Part shown: piece after piece, positions 10,021-17,542 of the stretch
Numbering within the stretch: the stretch's first letter is position 1
Layout of the letters: each line of letters starts with the position of its first letter
Assembly (NCBI GenBank): GCA_027858315.1
Contig: JAQICV010000092.1
Location: 334 to 64,333, forward strand
Reading direction: 5' to 3'
Length of the DNA: 64,000 nucleotides
Source of the DNA: Candidatus Woesearchaeota archaeon
GTDB taxonomy: Archaea; Nanobdellota; Nanobdellia; Woesearchaeales; UBA583
Position numbers and translations under genes: made by a program
Notes under the pieces: model-generated
What the model saw: only the letters and a program-made list of their open reading frames with translations
What the model was told of the DNA's origin: nothing
The model's database searches: none

Positions 10021-10581
10021 ATGAAAACTGAGAATAAGTTGTTTAATTATATGTTATCAATTGCTTTTATAGTGTTTATTGTATTTATTTTAGGTTCTTT
10101 AATTTTTGTAAGTAGATATGTTTTATCTGAAGAGAATTCTTTAGGTGGTTATGTTACTTCTACTCAAGATTTATTGGATGATGTTAATGAAGTAGAAGTT
10201 CCAATTGATGAAGTAGATACTTTAACAAGTTTGGAACAGAGAAATATTGATAGGTTTAAGTTTAATAGTTTTGAAGATAGTATTACTGATTTTTCGATTT
10301 TGAATGTTGATGAGGATAAAGGAATTATTAGTTTTGTTTTTGATTCTAAGATAGAACAATTTGAGAATATTTATTATATTGTTTTAAAGGATGAAATAAG
10401 ACTTGAAGAAGGTTTTGATATAATTTATATTACTGAGACAAGTTCAGTTAGTTATGGTAGAGTTTTTTCTATTGAGGACGGTAAATATAAGGTTTTTAAT
10501 TCAGATAGTAAAGAAGTTACATATGTTGTAAGAAGTGACATTTTAGGTAAAATATTGTTTAAGGATGAATCGCAGAACTAG
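10021..10581 (+). CDS. Hypothetical membrane-anchored protein
   Basis: N-terminal TM, 186 aa. Confidence 0.6.
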   Translation: MKTENKLFNYMLSIAFIVFIVFILGSLIFVSRYVLSEENSLGGYVTSTQDLLDDVNEVEVPIDEVDTLTSLEQRNIDRFKFNSFEDSITDFSILNVDEDKGIISFVFDSKIEQFENIYYIVLKDEIRLEEGFDIIYITETSSVSYGRVFSIEDGKYKVFNSDSKEVTYVVRSDILGKILFKDESQN

Positions 10582-11071
10582 AGTTGATAAGAAGTTAGGT
10601 AGTTTTTTTGTTTTTGATGAGTCTAGAACACAGAGTCTTTTTTCAAAAGGTTTTGGTAGTAAAAATGGTATAGTTTTAGAACTAAGTTCTTATGAGGTTT
10701 TGTATCTTTTGGAGAAAGAGAAAATTGAAGTGTTTTCAGTTGGAAAGGTTTTAGGGAAGGATAAAATTTTGAGTAGGAAAGAGTCTATGATAAATTATTA
10801 TGTTTTTAAGGATTTGAGATCTAGGGGTTATAATGTTAAGAGTGGACTTAAGTATGGTTTTGTTTTTAGGGTTTATGATAAGGGTAAAAAGGTTGGAGAA
10901 GATCATGCTATTTGGCTTATTGAACCTATTTCTGAGTCTGAAAGATTTAAAATTTCTGATTTAACTGGTAAGAATAGAGTTGCTCATTCTACTAAGAAGA
11001 TTTTATTATTTGCAATTGTTGATGATGAAGGAAAGGTAACTTATATTGAGACTGCTTGGAAGAGAATTTGA
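10565..11071 (+). CDS. endA: tRNA-intron splicing endonuclease (single-unit, alpha4-type size)
   Basis: LSSYEVLYL; YVFKDLRSRGY.VKSGLKYG..FRVY; catalytic Y/H/K (KYG, EDHA, STKK). Confidence 0.92.
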   Translation: MNRRTRVDKKLGSFFVFDESRTQSLFSKGFGSKNGIVLELSSYEVLYLLEKEKIEVFSVGKVLGKDKILSRKESMINYYVFKDLRSRGYNVKSGLKYGFVFRVYDKGKKVGEDHAIWLIEPISESERFKISDLTGKNRVAHSTKKILLFAIVDDEGKVTYIETAWKRI

Positions 11072-11074
11072 TTT

Positions 11075-11155
11075 TTTAGTTCATATACTCACGAAAGAAT
11101 AAATCAAAAAATATTTTTTTTGGTCATCGTTTAGTTCGAATACTCACGAAACGAT
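11075..11155. repeat. Two copies of a short hairpin-type intergenic repeat
   Basis: TTTAGTTCATATACTCACGAAA (11075-11096) and TTTAGTTCGAATACTCACGAAA (11130-11151); second copy closed by ATCGTTT/AAACGAT. Confidence 0.75.
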
Positions 11156-11195
11156 AGATACAATATATTTTAATGTATTAGTTTGTTTACTTTAT

Positions 11196-11951
11196 ATGGA
11201 GTTGAGTTTGGTTCTAGTTTTACTTATTGTACTTTCGGGTTTTATTAAGGGTTTCACTGGATTTGGGCTTAGTTTGATTTTGATTTCAGTTCTTTTTGAA
11301 ATGGGTTATACTGTTTCTGAGTTTTTACCTATTCTTGTTCCTTTATTTGTTGTTTTAGATATAATCTTGTATTTGGAGAATAGAAAAAATATTAAACTTG
11401 ATTTTAATGAAAATTTTACTTTGCATCCAACTACTCTTATGACTCTTTTTATTGGAGTTTTGTTTGGAACTTATTTACTTACTGCAATTAATGGGGAGTT
11501 TTTAAAAATTTCTTTTGCAATTTTAATTTTAATCTTGCTTTTTGTTTTGGTTGAGAAAGTTGATATTCATCAAATGAGGACTCCTTCTGAGAGATCTAAT
11601 GGTTTTTTTGGGTTTGGGGCTGGTATTTTGACTGGTCTTTTCACACTTAATGCAATGCCGCCTTCAATATATCTCATGTATTATCAGTATCCTAAAGAGA
11701 AATATATGGCAAATTTTGTGACTTTTGTTATTTTTTCAGATTTGATTTTAGTTGCTGTATATCTTTCTAAGGATTTGTTTACTTTAAGTGGTTTTTTTGT
11801 TTCCATGCAACTTTTCTTTATGGTTTTAGTTGGATTTTTGGGTGGGATTTATGCAAGGAAATTTGTTTCAACAAGTACATTTAAGAGTATAGTAATTATA
11901 ATTTTAGGTCTTAATTCACTTAAAATTATATTTGATTATTTCTTATTTTAA
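11196..11951 (+). CDS. Sulfite exporter TauE/SafE (TSUP) family membrane protein
   Basis: SGFIKGFTGFG and GILTGLF..PP repeats, about 8 TM. Confidence 0.85.
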   Translation: MELSLVLVLLIVLSGFIKGFTGFGLSLILISVLFEMGYTVSEFLPILVPLFVVLDIILYLENRKNIKLDFNENFTLHPTTLMTLFIGVLFGTYLLTAINGEFLKISFAILILILLFVLVEKVDIHQMRTPSERSNGFFGFGAGILTGLFTLNAMPPSIYLMYYQYPKEKYMANFVTFVIFSDLILVAVYLSKDLFTLSGFFVSMQLFFMVLVGFLGGIYARKFVSTSTFKSIVIIILGLNSLKIIFDYFLF

Positions 11952-12184
11952 TACCATTATTTTTATAAATTTTCACTGTCGTTCAAGTCACAAGTTGACT
12001 GCTTAAATAGCATCAAACTTATAAACCTCTATTAATTTTTTTTATTAGATCTTAAACTTATTTATGTTTGAGATTTATGAAACCAATTACTTAAATGACA
12101 AATGGTACAAAGTTAAATGCTTAGCATTGCTTTGTCTAAAAATTTCAGAAATGAAATTTGTCTATTTTTGTACATAGTAAAAAA

Positions 12185-12607
12185 ATGGTAGAAATCGATG
12201 AAAAACAAGCTTTTTTGATTATTCAAAAAGCAAAAGAAACTGGTTCAATTAGAATTGGTGTTAATGAAGTAACTAAAGCTGTAGAAAGAGGACAAGCAAA
12301 AGCAGTATTTGCTGCTAATGATGTTTCCCCTGCTGAAATTGTAGCTCACTTATCTGGTATCTGTACTGAGATGAAAGCAGTATTTGCTTCCCTTGGTTCA
12401 AAAGCTGAATTAGGTAGCGCAGTTGGTATTAAATCAACTACTGCTGTTGCAATTATCGATGCAGGTTCTGCAAAGAAAGATTTAGAAAAATTAACTGAAG
12501 AAAAAGCTGCTCTTGTTAAAGAAGCTGTTGTTGAAAAAGTTAAAGAAGAAGCTGCTCCTGTTAAAGAAGAAGTTAAGGAAGAAGCTGCTGTTGAGGAAGC
12601 TAAATAA
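12185..12607 (+). CDS. rpl7ae: Ribosomal protein L7Ae (eL8) with E/K/A-rich C-terminal tail
   Basis: GSIRIGVNEVTKAVERG.A..V..A.DV.P.EIV.H; start at ATG 12185. Confidence 0.95.
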   Translation: MVEIDEKQAFLIIQKAKETGSIRIGVNEVTKAVERGQAKAVFAANDVSPAEIVAHLSGICTEMKAVFASLGSKAELGSAVGIKSTTAVAIIDAGSAKKDLEKLTEEKAALVKEAVVEKVKEEAAPVKEEVKEEAAVEEAK

Positions 12608-12617
12608 ATTTTGAAAA

Positions 12618-12878
12618 ATGGCTAAAGTAAAAAAGACTGGAGCAGAAAAGTTTTCTGTGAGTATTCCTGGTACTGTTGAGACTATTGTTGGTAATGCTTC
12701 AGCTAAGGGTGGAGTTACTCAAGTAAGAGTTAAAGTTCTTGCAGGTAGGGATGAAGGCAAAATTATTACTAGAAATGTTAGAGGTCCAGTTAGAGTAGGT
12801 GATACTTTAATGATGACAGAAACAGAATACGAAGCAAGAAAACTTTTTAAGAAAACTAAAACAGGAGTAAAGTTCTAA
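12618..12878 (+). CDS. rps28e: 30S ribosomal protein S28e
   Basis: [28 protein letters not shown]...ETE.EAR. Confidence 0.95.
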   Translation: MAKVKKTGAEKFSVSIPGTVETIVGNASAKGGVTQVRVKVLAGRDEGKIITRNVRGPVRVGDTLMMTETEYEARKLFKKTKTGVKF

Positions 12879-12879
12879 A

Positions 12880-13131
12880 ATGGTAGAATGTAGTTATTGT
12901 GGAACTGAGATTGCAAAAGGTACTGGAAAGATGTTTGTTAAAGATAATGGACAAATTTTGTATTTTTGTAAATCTAAATGTGAAAAAAATATGCTAAAAC
13001 TGAAAAGAGATTCTAGAAAGTTTAAGTGGACTAAATCTTTTGTTAAAGGAGCTGCTCCTAATGAAGCTGCACCTAAGAAAGAGAAAGTTGAAAAAGCTGC
13101 TGCTCCTAAAAAGGCAGAAGCAAAAAAATAA
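12880..13131 (+). CDS. rpl24e: 50S ribosomal protein L24e
   Basis: CSYCG..I..GTGKMFV..G...YFCKSKC.KN....R..RK.KWT. Confidence 0.95.
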   Translation: MVECSYCGTEIAKGTGKMFVKDNGQILYFCKSKCEKNMLKLKRDSRKFKWTKSFVKGAAPNEAAPKKEKVEKAAAPKKAEAKK

Positions 13132-13249
13132 ATTTCTTTTAGAAATTTATGATTTTCTTTTAGAAATAAAAATGAAAAATAATTTGATTATTTTTTCATT
13201 GAATTAAATTCAAAATTGTTTATTATTCTTATGTTAATATTTAAATAGA

Positions 13250-13465
13250 TTATTTGTTTTCCTCTTTGCATTGATTATAATCATAAGTACATTTTGATTG
13301 ACATATGTTACTCAATAGACCTTCCCCACAAGAATATTTACATTCTTCAAAATTAGATTTACATTCATCTGTAAATTTCTCAATTACACTACACCCACTA
13401 AAAATTAATAAAAATAATGTAACTAATGTATAAATCATAATTTTCTTTTTATTTTTTTTAATCAT
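13250..13465 (-). CDS. Small cysteine-rich lipoprotein
   Basis: Basic N-region, hydrophobic core, FSGC lipobox, then six Cys (Cx6Cx3C...Cx3Cx6C). Confidence 0.65.
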   Translation of the reverse strand: MIKKNKKKIMIYTLVTLFLLIFSGCSVIEKFTDECKSNFEECKYSCGEGLLSNICQSKCTYDYNQCKEENK

Positions 13466-13555
13466 TTTATTATTTCCTAGATTTATTTATTTATAAATGA
13501 TTACTTTTTATAAGATAAAAAGATTTTATCCATTGATAATTTTAAGCATTGTGAA

Positions 13556-15685
13556 TCATCCATTGATGATTCTCAATATTTCGTCGCCATATTTTAGTAT
13601 TTTTATTTCTCCAAGCCCATTTACTTGATTTAGTTGTAGTTTTGTTTTAGGTAGTCTTGCACAGAGTTCATCTATTGTATTGTTACTTAGTATCATATAG
13701 TGTGGGAGATTAGTCTCATTTGCTTTTTGTGAACGCCAATCTTTCATCATATTTTTAAGAATTCCTAAATTAGAATTATCAAGTTTTTTATGCTCAGTTC
13801 CAAAATCAAATACAGACTTATTCTTTTTTTTGTAATTTGTGAATTTTAACATTTCGTCTGTTATGAATTTTGAGTAGTTTTTTGTGTATGTGATTATTAA
13901 TTTTTCTTTTGCTCTTGATAGTGCAACATAGAACAATCTTAATTCTTCTGATTCTTTATCGTATTCCTCATCATCTTTTACAAGAGCTAGTACGAAATTA
14001 TCTTGAACTTTATTTGGAAATGAGTTTGAATTAGTGTTTACTAGGAATACTTCATTTGCTTGCATTCCTTTTATTGAATGAACTGTTGCAAGTGTTATTT
14101 GATTTTCTGAAGGATTTTCATTTTTATATTCTTCTTCGGATTTTATTGCAAATCCTAATCCATTTTGAGAAAAGAATTTTGCATAGTCATCAAGAGTTTT
14201 ATTGGTTCTTGCAAGTACAAATATTTCTTCTCTTTTTGATGATGAATTTTTAATTGCTTCAAGTACAAATCTTTTTTCTAGCATTTCATTATCTTGTTCT
14301 ATTAAAAATATATTTTTTGAGATTGTGTTTTTTGTAGATTCTAGACCAACTAGTCCCATATCTTTAATTGTTAAATTGAAGAAATCAATAATATCTTTTG
14401 GAGATCTATAATTCTTCTTTAATTGAATTATTTCAGGTTTTTCAAATATCTTGTCGTATTCTAAAATAAATCTTATCTCTGAACCTCTCCAACCGTAAAT
14501 TGCTTGTCTTGGGTCACCTACTGCAAAGTTATTTTTAGCATTTAATATTTTGATTAAATCTATTTGGAGTTGATTCACATCTTGAAATTCATCAACTAGT
14601 ACATATTCATATTCTGGGATTAGCTCTTTGTGTTTTTTGAATAGTTCTATGCAATCTATGATTTGGTCAGTAAAATCTCTTAGTCCTTTTTTTTTTAGTT
14701 CTTTTTGAGCAATTATTGCGATTTCATAAATAGCTTTTGCAATTCTTTTTTTTGTTGAATTTCTTTCTTTTTCATAGAATTTCATTACTTCACCTTTTTT
14801 GTTCTTGTAATAATCAATTATTGAAAATACATCATTTACAAATATGAAGAAAAGTTCATCTTTTGATTTTTCTCTAATTTGTTTTTTTGTAAAATAATCG
14901 TCAATGAATATTTCAAAATTTGTATTTGCTTTAGTTATTGCATTTTTTACTATAATAATTTTATCTTTATATTTAGCTACTTGAACTTCTTTTCCATATA
15001 TTTTAGTTCCATATTTTTTAAGATGTTTTTCTGCAAATGAATTAAATGTTTCTACTTGAACAATTTCAGTTTCCAGTTCTTTTAATCTTGTTTGCATTTC
15101 TTCTTTTGCTTTTTTTGTGAAAGTTATTGCGAGAACTTTCTTTTGCTCAATCCCTCTAAATTTAGTTAATAGTTCAATTCTTTTTGTTAATACGCTAGTT
15201 TTTCCTGACCCTGCTCCTGCAATACAAAGGATGTTTTTTTCTGTTGAGATTATTGCTTTTTTTTGTTCATCATTAAATTTTTTCAAAAAGAAGTCAAATA
15301 CTTTAAAGATTTTTTTATCTTCATTAGTAATTGTTGTTTCTTTAAATAATTCTTTTTTTATTTTTTTGTGTTTTATTTCTTCAGGTATGAATTTTTTTTC
15401 AAATATTTCTTTTAGTCCAGTTTTTGTTCTGACTACTATTTGATGTCCTGATGCTAAACTTTGTATTTCTAAATATTTGTTTTTTATTAAAAGAGTTAGA
15501 ATTGTTAATATTTCATTTTTTTCGTACATGTAAAGACATCCATATGAATTTAATTCATCAAGATTATTTTTTTCAATGGTTTTATTTTGGTCACCTTTGA
15601 TATAGTCTGCAAGAGTATTTTTACCTAAATTGAATTTAAAATCATCAAATACTTTAAGGATAGGGATATGTGGTTGTTTCATCAT
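13556..15685 (-). CDS. SF1 UvrD/Rep-type helicase with N-terminal RQC-like and C-terminal HRDC domains
   Basis: AGAGSGKT, AITFT, VDEFQD, VGDPRQAIYGWRG, NYRS, TVHSIKG, EELRLFYVALSRA; HRDC WRS..A....PHYMILSN.TI.EL...P. Confidence 0.9.
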   Translation of the reverse strand: MMKQPHIPILKVFDDFKFNLGKNTLADYIKGDQNKTIEKNNLDELNSYGCLYMYEKNEILTILTLLIKNKYLEIQSLASGHQIVVRTKTGLKEIFEKKFIPEEIKHKKIKKELFKETTITNEDKKIFKVFDFFLKKFNDEQKKAIISTEKNILCIAGAGSGKTSVLTKRIELLTKFRGIEQKKVLAITFTKKAKEEMQTRLKELETEIVQVETFNSFAEKHLKKYGTKIYGKEVQVAKYKDKIIIVKNAITKANTNFEIFIDDYFTKKQIREKSKDELFFIFVNDVFSIIDYYKNKKGEVMKFYEKERNSTKKRIAKAIYEIAIIAQKELKKKGLRDFTDQIIDCIELFKKHKELIPEYEYVLVDEFQDVNQLQIDLIKILNAKNNFAVGDPRQAIYGWRGSEIRFILEYDKIFEKPEIIQLKKNYRSPKDIIDFFNLTIKDMGLVGLESTKNTISKNIFLIEQDNEMLEKRFVLEAIKNSSSKREEIFVLARTNKTLDDYAKFFSQNGLGFAIKSEEEYKNENPSENQITLATVHSIKGMQANEVFLVNTNSNSFPNKVQDNFVLALVKDDEEYDKESEELRLFYVALSRAKEKLIITYTKNYSKFITDEMLKFTNYKKKNKSVFDFGTEHKKLDNSNLGILKNMMKDWRSQKANETNLPHYMILSNNTIDELCARLPKTKLQLNQVNGLGEIKILKYGDEILRIING

Positions 15686-15696
15686 TTTTTTATTTT

Positions 15697-16224
15697 TTAT
15701 GTGATTCTAATTATTTTAAATTCTTCGTTTAATTTTTTTATAAATATTTTATGTATTGCTTTTTTTACTAGAAATTTTAATATGAAATATTCTGCTAGTT
15801 TTTTTTCATCTATTAGAGTTAATTCGTATGTGTTTTTATTTTTTCTTATTGAACTTAAGAAATATCTTCTTTTGTGTAAAAATGTTTTTTTGAATTTGCT
15901 TTTTGTTTTTGAGTCATATTTGTTGAAAAATTTTTCAATTTCTCCTTTTTTTTCAGTTTTTGAAAGAAATTCTAAAAAAAAATGTTCTAGGTCATATACT
16001 TCAAGAGGGTTCATATATTCTCCAGTATAGAAAAATTCGATTGCAATTGCTATAAGTATCATTAAAAAAACAATTACTATAAATTTTAGAAGAAATGTTT
16101 CCATAGTTTCTTCTTCGAATTTTATCAGAAAAATTGTAAGACTAAATCCTATAATTAAAAAAAATGTTAAAAGCCTATTGTAATAATTTTGTGGTTTTAA
16201 ATAATTATAATGTATTTTCCTCAT
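15697..16224 (-). CDS. Hypothetical membrane protein
   Basis: Two N-terminal TM segments, 175 aa. Confidence 0.55.
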   Translation of the reverse strand: MRKIHYNYLKPQNYYNRLLTFFLIIGFSLTIFLIKFEEETMETFLLKFIVIVFLMILIAIAIEFFYTGEYMNPLEVYDLEHFFLEFLSKTEKKGEIEKFFNKYDSKTKSKFKKTFLHKRRYFLSSIRKNKNTYELTLIDEKKLAEYFILKFLVKKAIHKIFIKKLNEEFKIIRIT

Positions 16225-16227
16225 TTC

Positions 16228-17484
16228 TTAATTTTTGATTGCTTCTTTAATTTTATTTAATATATTTTTAGGTTTTTCATTACTTAGGATTTCTTTTTGA
16301 ATTTCTTCTTTTTTCTCTTTTAATTTTATTCTAACTATTAAATCGTTTAGAGCATTCATATAGTAAACGTAAGCATCATATGGACTGTTGTAGACATTAT
16401 TTACCATATTCACATCATTAGTATTCATTAGATAAAAATGATTTGAAATTGTCATTTCTCTCCATTTGGTGATTAGATTTTTATCTTTAGTATTTTTTAC
16501 TGTTTTTTCTAGTGCAAATATTTCATCAATTGCGGATTTTTGCATTTTATTGCCTATCCAATTATCTAAATTTGAATATGAAGTTTGTGAGATTAAAAAT
16601 GGTATGTCAATTTTATCTTTTATTTTGAATGAGTTTATTATATTTGTAGGTGTTACAAATTTGTTTTCTTCATTTCTTAAAATTTCATCAGGTAGTGTTT
16701 TTAAAAATTCAAATATTTGACTTTCTTCTAAATGTTTTTCTCCGAATGTTTCGTAGTTCATAACTAGGTTTATTATTTCTGAATTTTCTTTTTGAGAATT
16801 TATCCAAGATGCAAATTTTTCTGAAGTAAGTGGCCAGTCATCCCAAGTTTTGTCTGAAAATTTGTTTACTAAATCATTTGATAGTTCATTATTCTTAGTA
16901 ATTAAAATAAATTTGCTATTTGATTCTTTTGGTGAATAGATAAAATTTGGATTTTTGTTAGAAAGAATCCTTTGAGAACCATCACTGAGTATTCCTGAAT
17001 ATCCTAATTCTTCTATAAAATTTGATAGTTCATTATTATATATTAGTTCAGTATTTCTAAATATTTTTGGTTCAAAGTCAAAGTGTTTTTTAATTGCTTG
17101 TTTGTGTAATTCAATTTGTCTTCTGAATTCTTCTTTTGAGTATAAGAAACTTAATGAGTGATAATATGTTTCACTTAAGAATTCAACGCATCCAGTATTT
17201 ACTAATTCTTTGAAGCTTTCTAATACTTGTGGCGCATATTTTTCTATTTGTTCTAGAGCAATTCCTGATATGGAAAAAGTTATTTTGAACTTTTTATCGT
17301 GTTTTTTTATTAATTCAAGAAGTAAGTTATTTGTAGGAATATAACATTTTCTTGCTATGTTTAATATATGTTTCTTGTTAGATTCTTCATCAAAATATTC
17401 TTCGTCATGACCGATATCAAATATTCTATAATTTTTAATTTTTAGAGATTGATGAATTTGAAAATATAATGCGATTGCTACCAT
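16228..17484 (-). CDS. GH57 alpha-amylase-like protein, possibly catalytically altered
   Basis: YFQIHQ, CYIPTN, LSETYYHSL, FRNTELIY; acid/base motif reads MNYETFGE rather than MDYETFGE. Confidence 0.85.
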   Translation of the reverse strand: MVAIALYFQIHQSLKIKNYRIFDIGHDEEYFDEESNKKHILNIARKCYIPTNNLLLELIKKHDKKFKITFSISGIALEQIEKYAPQVLESFKELVNTGCVEFLSETYYHSLSFLYSKEEFRRQIELHKQAIKKHFDFEPKIFRNTELIYNNELSNFIEELGYSGILSDGSQRILSNKNPNFIYSPKESNSKFILITKNNELSNDLVNKFSDKTWDDWPLTSEKFASWINSQKENSEIINLVMNYETFGEKHLEESQIFEFLKTLPDEILRNEENKFVTPTNIINSFKIKDKIDIPFLISQTSYSNLDNWIGNKMQKSAIDEIFALEKTVKNTKDKNLITKWREMTISNHFYLMNTNDVNMVNNVYNSPYDAYVYYMNALNDLIVRIKLKEKKEEIQKEILSNEKPKNILNKIKEAIKN

Positions 17485-17542
17485 ATAAATTTTAAAGATA
17501 TGTATTATAAAAGAATTATGTATATATTTTTGTGGTGACAGT

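Noticed and set aside
11075..11151. Possible mini-CRISPR (22-nt repeat, 33-nt spacer)
   Set aside because: Only two imperfect copies, no cas genes; better explained as hairpin repeats
13133..13167. Short direct repeat TTTCTTTTAGAAAT after rpl24e
   Set aside because: Low-complexity AT sequence, probably part of a T-rich terminator region
13526..13558. TGA readthrough or recoding (Sec or alternative genetic code) at the helicase stop
   Set aside because: TGA terminates several complete genes here (endA, rad50, GT4); the downstream peptide is just a duplicate tail
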